Shown piece by piece: positions 26,396-38,173 of a stretch of DNA of 64,000 nt. This stretch comes from Eledone cirrhosa. Lineage: Eukaryota. The stretch's first letter is position 1, and each line of letters starts with the position of its first letter. The notes beneath the pieces were generated by a model. It did no database searches and had not been told where the DNA came from. It saw only the letters and a list, made by a program, of their open reading frames with translations. A program made the position numbers and the translations under genes. The stretch spans positions 347,696,001 through 347,760,000 of the forward strand of contig OZ024743.1 of assembly GCA_964016885.1 (NCBI GenBank), read 5' to 3'.

Positions 26396-28109
26396 ATATA
26401 TATATAAATATATATATATATATGGGGGGGGGTATGAAATAATACTTTTGTTGTTTTGCCAGACAACACAATATATTACGATTGCCGTCTGATCATTCCA
26501 TGAGACAAGAAATTACATTTTGAATGTGTGGACACCTTAGAATTAGGGAGGTGACTACGATGCAAGGAAAAAAACGAACGGGATGAATTAATACATTAAT
26601 AAATTAATAGAATAATAAATCAATTAAAATCCAGACCAATAAGATTGCTAATTTCACGTTAATTTATTACATTTACAGTCGCAAATGCATCTGAAACAGT
26701 AATAACATAAGCAATTTGAGACCGGGACATCATCTTCTGTGTGAACTTTTCTGTAATTCCCTGACCGAACTTGCCTGCTAGAATGACGCTCTCAGACTAT
26801 AGCTTTCGTCTTGTGCGCGTGCAATTTCTTGTGATCTAAAGAAGAGGCCACTACAGAAGAATCGGAGTGAGAACGCATGGTGGGAATACATGAATAAATA
26901 TTTATTCATATATCAAAGACCTCATCAAGTTTCGTGAATAAATTCTTGTACTCGGCATGAAAATAATAACGATAATATTTCTATTGAAATTTACTTATGT
27001 TGTTTTGCCAAGAGGCAACATAAGTTGAATTGATAGGTATGCATATATCTAGACGTGTGTGTCGTTACAAAACAGATACTATACTTAAAAACAAAACAGC
27101 TAGCCATACTAACTAGGATTCGATACAATTGTGCATTTTCCTTGAATATATTACACACACACGCTCGTACATACGAACTTACTCAAATACAAAATATATA
27201 ACAAGAGATAGTGGGAAAGAGCAAGGGAGAAAGAGGCCAAAGAATGGAGAGGGAAAGAGAGACAGAGTAGGGAGTGTGTGAGTGATTCGTATCATTACGG
27301 TCTTTTTGCCCGTTTAATGTTAAGCCACGCAGAGAAAATTGATTCCATGCTTGCAAATAAGTTTAATCGTTCGCGTCCTAAGTAGGTCACAAACTTACTT
27401 GTGCGTAAATTAAACGTTGTTCAATACATCCGGGTATGTTTTCATTTCTTTTATAGAGGGAACATGTTTTCTTTTTTCCTAAGGAGTTATTTTGTTCACG
27501 TAATTGAGAAAAAATATATTTGAAAAACAAACTAATGCTAATACGGTGAATCTATTTTGTATTTATTCAATGTTCTAATCTCTCATACATATATACGTTT
27601 CAATCTCTCAGATTTCCTGAGTGTATTTTGAAATTTAAACATAAAAAAGAATTATAATTGCGTAGCTATGGAAATCAGATTAATTATATCTTGGTCGTGT
27701 TCACTTCAAAACATGTTATTTATAGCGAATGCAGCTATAAATGTAATATCTGTTTAAGGTAGACGCGAATGATATTGTGGAGAATATATACTTATTTATT
27801 TTCGTCTGTATTAATCTTTTAGCTTTCTAGTTGGATTCGTAAGTCTGGTGGGTATGGCAAACTCAGGAAAATTTCGAAGTCATTAACGTTTTCCTTATAA
27901 AAGATTTTACTGAACTCTACAAATATGTGTTGAGACACATTCAATTACTTGTTGATTGACTTTATGTATGCTTAAACGTAAAACGGGTAACTTTACACAA
28001 ATACACACAAATGTATACACACACACACACACACTCACACGCACACATACACACACAGACACTCACACGCACACATACACACACAGACACTCACACACAC
28101 ACACACACA

Positions 28110-28468
28110 CACACTCACACCAACACTACCAACACCAACACCACCAACACCAACACCAACACCAACACCACCAACCACAACACCACCAACACCAACACCA
28201 CGAACACCAATATCAACACTACCAACACCAACACCAACACCAGCAACACCAACACCACCAACACCAATACCAACACCACCAACACCAACACCTACACCAC
28301 CAACACCAATACCAACACCACCAACACCAACACCACCAACAGCACCAACACCAACATCACCAACACCAACACCAACACCACCCACACCAACACCACCAAC
28401 ACCAGCAACTCCAACACCAACACCACCAACACCACCAACACCAACACCACCACCACCAACACCAACAC
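28110..28468. repeat. Degenerate (CACCAA)n/(CAC)n repeat following (CA)n
   Basis: Directly visible; source of the HQ/TN/GV ORF artefacts. Confidence 0.95.
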
Positions 28469-28688
28469 TGCAGCTTGATAACCTCTGTTTTCTCATAGAG
28501 GTAAATGGTGCATGTTTCTGGTTTGTTTACGGAATGTTGGGATACGGGTTGGTAGTTGGTTGAACGGTATTTTTAGGGTGTTTTGTTATAAGGTTTAGGG
28601 CAATCAAGAAGATTTCTTCATATATATATATATAATTTTAGAAGAAAAAAGGAGCTCTGTGGTTATATATATACATACATATATATAT

Positions 28689-28719
<31 letters not shown>

Positions 28720-29518
28720 GGCTCGCGCGCGAGTGTGTATATATAGGTATGTATACGATGGTTGGTAAACTTGGTTTCGACATGACTTGCCAAATGATGG
28801 AATGGAATGTGTGTAGACTGCTAACCTAATCGCTGCAAGCTGCTCTTAAATTCTAAAAGCTTTACTGTGATGTAAGGGAAGCAAATTGTTCAAAGTTTTT
28901 TTATTTCAGGAGGGAGTACACTACATTTTTCTAATATTAATTTTAGAGTTAGACAGTTAAAACTAATCCAAGTTAAATCTTTGACTGCGACATAGATCTT
29001 AAATATGCTCGGATATCTTGTTGAAGAGAGAAAGTAGGCTGGTTTAAGTAATGCAATTTCTCAGAGATAAATAAGCTGCAATAACATAATTCAATCGACC
29101 ATGTTCCAAATTACAAAGTGGCATCAATGGACATGGTATATGAGCTTTCAAATATGTCGCATGTGAAGATGCAATTATGCTATTCCAGAACGCAAACGAG
29201 GTCAAACAGTTGTTATATCAACCCTTGACGTCGTTTGTCGTAAACAACGTATCCAGCTTGAGATTTCTTCAGGTAGATTTAGTGTAGAGTTATATACAAC
29301 GGCCTATCAGCTTTCTTAACGTGATCATAGTCCATAAATAGGATTAATACCGACCAATCGAAATCTCAATTTGAAGTTGAATGCAGCACACTCCAATTAT
29401 ACTTCATAACATAATTATTGGACATGCGATTTCGTGTTCAAGATTAATATCACTATACGTCACAAACTATCTATCCACCTATAGATATGAATTGGATCTT
29501 CTTTTGTTTGTACTCACA

Positions 29519-29603
<85 letters not shown>

Positions 29604-29637
29604 ATTAAATAAAGATGGTTATAAGAGTTCCATATAA

Positions 29638-29706
29638 GTTATTAAACGTATTTCGAATACAAATATCTTCCTGGGTGGGTCATATGTTGTGTTCACTTCA
29701 GATAAA
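29638..29706 (-). ncRNA. Minimal type I hammerhead motif (left arm, A9 mutated)
   Basis: Minus: TTTAT-CTGAAGT-GAACACAA...TTGTATTC-GAAA-TACGTT-TA-ATAAC. Confidence 0.65.
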
Positions 29707-29924
29707 AATTAAGGTACAATGATATGAGGCATAATAGCACTTGTTTATAGAATAGTGCTAAGTCTACTTATGACAAAAATATATGTGTTAATACTATAGT
29801 AAGAAATAGATAGGAAAATAGAAGAAAAGGAAAGATAAAGAGAAAGGAGGAAAAAGAAAGAGGAGAAAGAAAAAAAAGAAGGAAGAAGAGAGATAGATAG
29901 AGAGATAGATATATAGATAGATAA

Positions 29925-29983
<59 letters not shown>

Positions 29984-29984
29984 T

Positions 29985-32900
29985 ATTTCTTTTATTTGCC
30001 ACTAGGGCATCAAAAGTGGGACAAGTACAAAGGGGGGAGTTTACACAAAAAGGCGTCCTCAATAAGGAGGAGGCAATAACAAAATATAAAAATAAAATAA
30101 GATATAACAAAAAATAAAATTTTTAACAAAATCCTCAATAGAGAGGAGGCGCCTTGGGGGGTCGCACACACCCCCGAAAAAAGTGTGCAACCCTTCTCCT
30201 CAGGAGCACAGAGAAGGGGTGCTCCCTTGGTCTTTCATCTTCCTCACCTATAGTCTGATGTAGAGTGAAGGCCCATTCACACGGGCCATTCTCGCCACTT
30301 TCACCCATCTTTCATAGAAACGGCTGGGGTGCAGCACCTCTCTCTCCATCCTGATCCTTCTTCCGAAATGATATCGGAAGAAACGGACCAGTTGTTGGCC
30401 AGAGAGAAAGGTGCCCGACCTCAGTCCTTTCAGACGCGTCCACCATACAACCTCTTTCGCCATGGCTATTACGCACAGAAACACCGCCTCTGCTTCATCT
30501 TTGAAGGGGGGAGGCGGCTTGATCATTACAATAGACTCGGTGGTCAACCGGATCGGTCCCACCCTTGACAGCAGTTGTTCGACATAGCCCCACAGATCGG
30601 CTACGCCCGAGCAGTGTACTAATGCGTGTGCAACGGTTTCCTCGTCGCACACGCATCTGGGACAGATCTTTTTGGCGGGGTCCCTACCCGGGCGCCCGTG
30701 TCTGTAGAGCCTTTCTCGAACGGGTAAAGCCCCTCGGTAGCACTGCCAGGCCAGGGACTTCTGGAAGTTGTCCATAGGTCCCGGGCTGAATGTCCTACCG
30801 AACAGGCTGGCCAGTTCGTCCTCCTCCATGTCTAGGGCTTCTCCGAGGGCGTCGTCGCACCTGCTGCGTACCAGCCCTCTATAGAATGTTGCGGTGGAGT
30901 CTCCACTGACAACCGGATCCGCCTGCCAGAGGGCGGTGAGCGCCTGGGCACACTCAGTGTGCCAGGCGCCCAGTTTTCTCGGTCTTTGCTTGACCCAGGA
31001 TTGCAGCTCGGTGAGTGAGACGAGTCTGGGAAAGGTTCGTCTCACAAACGAGGCCCACACCGGTTGTCCGGTGAGGAATACGTAGAGGTGCCGTAGCCTT
31101 AATGCGTGTTTACGCATCATTAGCCACGGCATCCCCAGCCCTCCTTTCGAAGGGTGTTGACAGCAGATGGATCTCCTCACCATAGGAGCCCGCCTCTTCC
31201 AAAGGAATTGGAAGAGCGCGCGCTCCATCTTGGTGAGGGTTTCCCTTGGGCAGGGCACTACGGTCAGGCGGTAGTAGATGACGGACGCTATGTAGGTGTT
31301 CGCCACCTCCGCCCGACCTTTCAGGGATAGTTTGCAACTGGCCCACTTCTGGGTCAGTGCAAACACCCTGTTCGTAACCTCCGCCCAGTTTTTCTCCACC
31401 TGGAGGTCCGGTCCGAACCAGACCCCGAGCAACTTCACCGGGCCCTCCGTCCAGCGTCCGACGACGCTATCGGAGGGCATCGGTCTGCCCCTCCACGTGC
31501 CGAGTTGCAAACCGATCGACTTGTCCCGGTTCAGCTTAGCCCCTGTGAACTTTTCGTACTCCTCCAGTAAGGTGCCGACCGCCTCGATTTCGGAGGCCGT
31601 CGACACCATTACTGTCACGTCATCGGCGTAGGCCGACACCGCTTTCCGCAATCCCGGTTCCAAAGGGATGCCCTGCAACAACTCCAACTTCCGCAGTAGT
31701 GGCTCGAGAGTCAACACATACAGAAGGGAGGAGAGAGGGCACCCTTGTCGGATGGACCGCGCGATTTTGAACGGCTCCGAGAGGTAGCCGTTCACCTTGA
31801 CCCTAGAGCAGATGCGGCCGCTGTGCATAGCAGTGATCCAGCCCCTGAAAACGTTCCGAAGCCTGCCGCCGCTAGCACCGCATCCAGGTAACCATGGTCG
31901 ACCCTATCGAACGCCTTAGATTGATCCAAGTTGATCAGAGCCCCACCAAAGCCGGGTTCGTTCCCAACCCTCTCTATGATGTATCGCATGAGGTGGAGGT
32001 TGTCATGGATGGACCTGGACGGGATAGCGCATGTCTGCGCATCTCCCACCAGGTTGCCCACGACAAGCGCCAACCTCTTTGCTAGCACCTTGGCCAAAAT
32101 CTGTAACTCTGTATTTAGCAGTGTTATGGGCCTGAAGTTACTTATTTCGTCCCCCTTGTTCTCGTCCTTCCTCACTAGCGTGACTACGCCCTTGGTCACA
32201 GTACAGGGAATTCTCCCGTTCTGTTGCCAGTTGCAGTAGACCGCCTCGAGGAGATCGGGGAACAAGTCCGGCATAGCTAGATATAATTCGTAAGGAAGAC
32301 CATCGAGACCCGGGGATTTGCGTTTGCCGCATTGGCTCAGCACGTCCTCTATCTCAGCGGCCGAAATCGGCTCCTCGCAGGACTTCGCCTCCCTGTCCGA
32401 GAGGCGCGGCAGGCCGTCGAGGTATGGACCGAAGTCCACGTTCCCAACCGGCTCCCCGCCCCTCCCGAACAGTCGGGCAAAGTGCCTTTGAAAGGCCTCA
32501 CACATCTGCTTAGGCTCAAGAATCGCCCGTCCATCCAGGTCTCGCAAAGACCGGATGGTGGATTTAGTTCCACTGTTGGCCTCTGTCACGCGGGCCCAGC
32601 TAACAGCTTTGGTCCCCTCGTTCCCTAGAGCACGTATTTTACTTCGGACAACGCAGCCTTCGTGCTTCGCGTCGAAAAACTGGCTCAAAGCCGTTCTCGA
32701 CGCTAGCACTCTGGCCACGTCGCCGCTTCTAATTGCCTCTTCTACTCTATCTATTAGCTCCCTTTCCTTCCTATTCCTATCCGCAGCTAGAACCTTACTA
32801 AATTCTATCGAGACTACTCTAATCTCTCTCTTTAGAGATACCCACCACCTGCTGTTGACGATCGCTCCAGTCAACCGTTCCTTAACTAACGTACTAATCC

Positions 32901-33656
32901 GATTCCTGTAGGCTCTACTTGCCGGCAAGGACAAGTTGAGCTTCCAGTAACCGGGGCCCTGTCTATGAGTTCTGTCAAGGTTGACCATGCAGGTCACTAA
33001 TTTGTGGTCTGAATAGCCAACAATGCGCATTTTTGGACAACTTAAAAAGTCCTTATCCTTAATTCTAACTAAGAACCTATCTAGGTACGACCTAGATGAT
33101 CCGCTACGATTTGCCCAAGTCCAGGTTGGCGCAGTCGGAAAATCTAGTCGATATCTATCGGCCAGGTCAAATCGACCGATTAACCCTTTGAGGCTATTAC
33201 ACCCCTCTCTATCGGGGCAGGCCCCTACGTAGTCCCAGCGTGCATCTAGGATACCATTCCAGTCCCCCACTAATAGCAAGGAGCGGGACGTCCCTAGAAA
33301 AGTCTCCAGACGATGGAAGAAGTCCGGCCGCATTGACCCGAAAGGGCCGTAGGCGGCTACCAACCTAAACGCTCCGCCTTTACCACTGCCAAGGTCCAGA
33401 ACCACTAGTCGACCCTCCGGGTCCAAATGTACCATCTGTGTTGCGAGACCCAGATGTTTTTGCAGCAGAACGACAACTCCACCCCCACCTCCGGGCTGAC
33501 AGAGAGATGCGTGCATCTCAAAGTCATCAAAGGTGGGGGACAGCTGTCGCACGTTGCTGATCCGGGCCTCGCAAATAACCATCACATCTATACGTTGTGA
33601 CCTGAGGTCATTTAGAAGCATTGCTTGCTTCCAAGTTGAGCCCAGGCCACGCGCAT
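29985..33656 (-). mobile_element. Young L1/Tx1-type LINE, 5'-truncated at the start of ORF2
   Basis: GC-rich block absent from the other palindrome arm. 3'UTR 29985-30247 ends in AATAAAAGAAATA followed by (TATC)n. Confidence 0.95.
30248..31855 (-). CDS. L1/Tx1 ORF2 C-terminal part (RT + CCHC zinc finger)
   Basis: IRQGCPLS, AYADDV, LLGVWF, KGGLG, CPRC..EETVAHALVHC. The frame extends upstream of the listed Met as VFRGWITAM, so a single 1-nt frameshift separates it from the N-terminal part. Confidence 0.9.
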   Translation of the reverse strand, partial: NVFRGWITAMHSGRICSRVKVNGYLSEPFKIARSIRQGCPLSSLLYVLTLEPLLRKLELLQGIPLEPGLRKAVSAYADDVTVMVSTASEIEAVGTLLEEYEKFTGAKLNRDKSIGLQLGTWRGRPMPSDSVVGRWTEGPVKLLGVWFGPDLQVEKNWAEVTNRVFALTQKWASCKLSLKGRAEVANTYIASVIYYRLTVVPCPRETLTKMERALFQFLWKRRAPMVRRSICCQHPSKGGLGMPWLMMRKHALRLRHLYVFLTGQPVWASFVRRTFPRLVSLTELQSWVKQRPRKLGAWHTECAQALTALWQADPVVSGDSTATFYRGLVRSRCDDALGEALDMEEDELASLFGRTFSPGPMDNFQKSLAWQCYRGALPVRERLYRHGRPGRDPAKKICPRCVCDEETVAHALVHCSGVADLWGYVEQLLSRVGPIRLTTESIVMIKPPPPFKDEAEAVFLCVIAMAKEVVWWTRLKGLRSGTFLSGQQLVRFFRYHFGRRIRMEREVLHPSRFYERWVKVARMARVNGPSLYIRL

Positions 33657-33750
33657 GATCAGGAACGCTGTCAAATTGAAAACAGCTGTAAATAACGGTT
33701 AAAAAATAAATTGATGAGGTGTATTTGCGAATATTATAGAAGGTATTCAA
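31792..33750 (-). CDS. L1/Tx1 ORF2 N-terminal part (APE endonuclease + first half of RT); first ~32 codons are PLE-derived sequence
   Basis: ARGL, VICE, LVGDWNG, SRSYLDRF, YSDHK, GYWKLN, KSPGLDGL, NFRPITLLN, LDQSKAFDRVDH. Frameshifts near 31855. Confidence 0.9.
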   Translation of the reverse strand: MNTFYNIRKYTSSIYFLTVIYSCFQFDSVPDHARGLGSTWKQAMLLNDLRSQRIDVMVICEARISNVRQLSPTFDDFEMHASLCQPGGGGGVVVLLQKHLGLATQMVHLDPEGRLVVLDLGSGKGGAFRLVAAYGPFGSMRPDFFHRLETFLGTSRSLLLVGDWNGILDARWDYVGACPDREGCNSLKGLIGRFDLADRYRLDFPTAPTWTWANRSGSSRSYLDRFLVRIKDKDFLSCPKMRIVGYSDHKLVTCMVNLDRTHRQGPGYWKLNLSLPASRAYRNRISTLVKERLTGAIVNSRWWVSLKREIRVVSIEFSKVLAADRNRKERELIDRVEEAIRSGDVARVLASRTALSQFFDAKHEGCVVRSKIRALGNEGTKAVSWARVTEANSGTKSTIRSLRDLDGRAILEPKQMCEAFQRHFARLFGRGGEPVGNVDFGPYLDGLPRLSDREAKSCEEPISAAEIEDVLSQCGKRKSPGLDGLPYELYLAMPDLFPDLLEAVYCNWQQNGRIPCTVTKGVVTLVRKDENKGDEISNFRPITLLNTELQILAKVLAKRLALVVGNLVGDAQTCAIPSRSIHDNLHLMRYIIERVGNEPGFGGALINLDQSKAFDRVDHGYLDAVLAAAGFGTFSGAGSLLCTAAASALGSR

Positions 33751-35709
33751 ATATTAGAGGTCTAAATATAGAAACTGGGTATATTATTTTAAATTGGGTT
33801 TAAATACTACATTGGTTTAAGAAGTGTAAAAATGTATTAATAAAATAAATATAAAAAGATTTTCATAAAATAAAATAAAAATAGTCTATCTATGTCAAAG
33901 TTAATAATTTCTAGTAAAAATATATATGTGGGGTATACTATTTAATTTTTATTTTATATCCTCAAGTAAATAAAGGAAATTACTAGAAGGATTTATAAAC
34001 GTAGAAAAACGTAGTGAAAATCTATTATAATATGACGTCATCTTTTGTTTACAATCTCTACGAAGGTTTGAGCGAAACTCTAAGGCTATAGAAAAGAAGA
34101 TCAAAACCTTAATATATAATGAGACGACCAAAATAATACATTGTAGAATATAATGAGAGATGTATAAAGATAACAGTAACTGTGGAATATGTTATAGGAC
34201 ATCAGTTATATACTTTGTGAAAGGTCTTGTAGGATTTATGATTACAAAGTCCAAATAAATCGGTTCTTCGATGTACTATTATGTTGAAATTCGAGATAAT
34301 GGTAAATTTTTCAACTAGACATAAATTACAAACACTAGATATGGAAGCATTGGAGTATGGAGATGCGTTGTAGATTTTGCGCCGAGAAGTTTATTAATTT
34401 ATGTTTTTATCTTTTAGGGACCAACTAAGTTCTGAGAGTGCGATGCTGGCCCTTTTAAGTGGAGATTTAAATGTAAAAGAATGATTATAGAATTGCTTTA
34501 AAGGAGGTAGAAGTAGAGGCAATGTAGGTGTAGGAATTGGAACTAGTTACCACTTTAGATTCGTATACTAGATTTTTATCGAGACAGAAATTACTAAGAG
34601 GACAATTAGTTCTAATAGGGCAGTTGCATTTACGATTAACATTATTTATAGAGTTATTGGCAAGTGGCGCAGGTTTAATTAAATTCTTATGACTCTCATG
34701 ATTGGATGCATATGAGTTATTATTTAACATTTTAGAATTATGTCTTGAGATACTTTTTGAAATGTTCGAAGTAGTATAATACGAGAATTTAATAGTATAC
34801 CTATTGAAAATATTGCTATATATATGGGAAGCAGGGAAGCTGTTATGTAATACCTTAAAAAATAATTTAGGGATATTTTTAATAACGGAAAGAGAGAAGG
34901 GAGCGTTGTACCAAATGATATTTTTATATCAACCTCTCCTCCTTTTGTTAGTAGTATGATTATTACTAGCTACATTACTAGAGTTATTATAACCCCTGCC
35001 AATATTAAGTTCTTTAGTATACCTAATTCTGTCTAGATATCCAGCCCTAGATAGCGCATTATTATAATAGTTGGCATTAGCTTCGAAGATATCCTTATTA
35101 GATGATAAATTAGAAATTCTTTTTTCTACGCTTTTGACTAAAGCAGTTTTAACGTTATTAGAGTGGTTAGATTTAAAGTTAACGTAGTTTAAGTTCTCAT
35201 TATCCTTATGATATGGGTAATATAGGCCGGCATCTAGATTAAGGGATATATCAAGGAAATTTGCTAGTTTATCATTATTCTCGAATTCAATTTTTAAGTT
35301 AAGGTGCTTAAATAGATCAAGTATTTTTTTCTTAAGTATATTAAAGTTTACTTTGTTACAATTAGTGACAGTAAAGAAAGCATGATCACGATAAATCCCA
35401 CCGCAAAGTTGGTGTATTTTCCGGTTTAAAGATTTTAAGATGAAAATTCCAACTAAGTACGTCAGTTGGGCTGAATCTGAAGAACACATGGTGATGTCGA
35501 AATTGTTTGAATTATCCGCTCTTGTCAAATATTCGTTCTTAAATTCCAAGATGGTTTTCCTAGCGGTGAGAATGATGTTTATTTCTTCACTACTAATGTC
35601 CGTATATTTTAAAGCATATGAGAGCGCCTTGTTTAGGAGTGAAGAAGAAATATGAGAGTAATAGCTAGCAATGTCTAATTGAATAAATTTCAGTTTGTTT
35701 GTATTTTTT

Positions 35710-38085
35710 AAAAACAGAACCCTTCTTCCCAAGAACTCCGAGAATTAGTCTGAAGGATCATAAAATAAATTTTCAAACGGACATGTCCCTACTAAATCTG
35801 ACTTAGGGGTTGTTACTAAATCCATCTTGGATAGAATTATCCCAGAGGTTAATAATAAATCTCAACTAATTTTATGGTTGGATTCATCTGAAGTAATAGA
35901 CTGGTTTAATGACCTAATAAATGAAAACAAACTGAAATTTATTCAATTAGATATTGCTAGCTATTACTCTTCTATTTATCCTTCACTCCTAAACAAGGCT
36001 CTCTCATATGCTTTGAAATATACGGACATTACTAGTGAAGAAATAAACACGATTCTCACCGCTAGGAAAATATTTTGGAATTTAAGAACGAATATTGAAC
36101 AAGATATGATACTTCCAACAATTTCTACATCACCATGTGTTCTTCGGATTCAGCTCAACTGACCGACTTAGTTGGAATTTTCATCTTGAATTCTTTAAAC
36201 CGGAAAATACACCAACTTTGCGGTGGGATTTATCGTGATGATGCTTTCTTTACTGTCTCCAATTGTAACAAAGTAAACTTTAATATACTTAAGAAAAAAA
36301 TACTTGATTTATTTAAGCACCTTAACTTAAAAATTGAATTCGAGAATAATGATAAACTAGCAAATTTCCTTGATATATCCCTTAATCTAGATGCCGGCCT
36401 ATATTACCCATACCATAAGGATAATGAGAACTTAAACTACGTTAACTTTAAATCTAACCACCCTAATAACGTTAAAACTGCTTTAGTCAAAAGCGTAGAA
36501 AAAAGAATTTCTAATTTATCATCTAAGAAGGATATCTTCGAAGCTAATGCCAACTATTATAATAATGCGCTATCTAGGGCTGGATATCTAGACAAAATTA
36601 GGTATACTAAAGAACTTAATATTGGCAGAGGTTATAATACCTCTAGTAATGTAGCTAGTAATAATCATACTGCTAACAAAAGGAGGAGAGGTAGATATAA
36701 AAATATCATTTGGTACAACGCTCCCTTCTCTCTTTCCGTTACTAATAATAGCCCTAAATTATGTTTTAGGGCATTACATAACGGCTTCCCTGTTTCCCAT
36801 ATATATAGCAAGATTTTCAATAGGCATACTATTAAACTCTCGTATTATACTACTTCGAAGATTTCAAAAATGATCTCAAGACATAATTCTAAAATATTAA
36901 ATAATAACTCATATGCATCCAACTATGATAGTAATAATACAAACAGTACAAGGCCCGACGTCAATGTAAACTTTAGGCAAAATAACACAAGTATAAATAC
37001 GACGTCAAACGTAACTTTGGTGAATACATCAAATAGTAATGTAAATCTAGAAAATTGTGCACCTCCTTTAGTTAATTCCACCACTCCTGATCCTAATTTA
37101 ATTAAACCTACGCCACTTGCCAATAATTCTATAAATAATGTCTAATCGTAAATGCAACTGCCCTATTAGAACTAATTGTTCTCTTAGTAATTTCTGTCTC
37201 GATAAAAATCTAGTATACGAATGTAAAGTGGTAACTAGTACCAATTCCTATACCTACATTGGCTCTACTTCTACCTCCTTTAAAGCAAGATTCTATAATC
37301 ATTCTTCTACATTTAAATCTCCACTTAAAACGACCAGCACCGTACTCTCAGAACTTATTTGGTCCCTAAAAGACAAAAACATAAATTACTAAATTTATTG
37401 GCGTAAAATCTACAACGCATTTCCATACTCCAATGCTTCCATATCTAGTGTTTGTAATTTATGTCTAGTTGAAAAATTTACCATTATCTCAAATTTCAAC
37501 ACAATAATAAATCGAAGAACCGATTTATATGGACTTTGTAGTCATAAATCCTACAATACCTTTTACAAAGGATTCCACGAGTCACTGTTATCTTTACACA
37601 TCTCTCATTATATTCTACAGCGTAATATTTTGTTTTTTTCATTATATATTAAGCCTTTGATCTTCTTTTCTATAACCTTAGATTTTCGCTCAAACCTTCG
37701 TAGATTTTGTATTATAATAGATTTTTCACTACGTTTTTCTACGTTTATAAATCCTTATAGGAATTTTCTTTATTTACTTGATGATATAAAATAAAAATTA
37801 AATAGTATACCACATATATATATTTTTACTAGAAATTATTAACTTTGACATAGATAGACTATTTTTATTTTATTTTATGAAAATATTTTTATATTAATTT
37901 TATTAATACATTTTTACACTTCTTAAACCAATTTTTGGTATTTAAACCCAATATAATATACCCAGTTTCTATATTTAGACCTCTAATATTTGAATACCTT
38001 CTATAATATTCGCACATACACCTCATCAATTTATTTTTTAACCGTTATTTACAGCTGTTTTCAATTTGACAGCGTTCCTGATCAA

Positions 38086-38173
<88 letters not shown>

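Larger units (their letters stand above)
29599..35705 (-). mobile_element. Penelope-like element, left (inverted) arm, interrupted by L1 at 29985-33656
   Basis: ORFs 34929-35732 (FIQLDIASYY, GGIYRDH, NFLDISL, SNHS) and 34485-34730 (CNCPIRTNCPLSNFC, LVY..YIA). 33657-35705 and 29599-29890 are the reverse complement of 35920-38082 and 38171-38453. Confidence 0.93.

Noticed and set aside
26470-26660. Possible inverted pLTR copy of the Neptune-type element (vs 24230-24430)
   Set aside because: Similarity is weak and AT-rich and cannot be distinguished from chance by eye.
27956-28498. His/Gln-rich or Gly/Val-rich 150-180 aa ORFs
   Set aside because: They are open on both strands because of the (CACCAA)n repeat, with no non-repetitive coding context or splice evidence.
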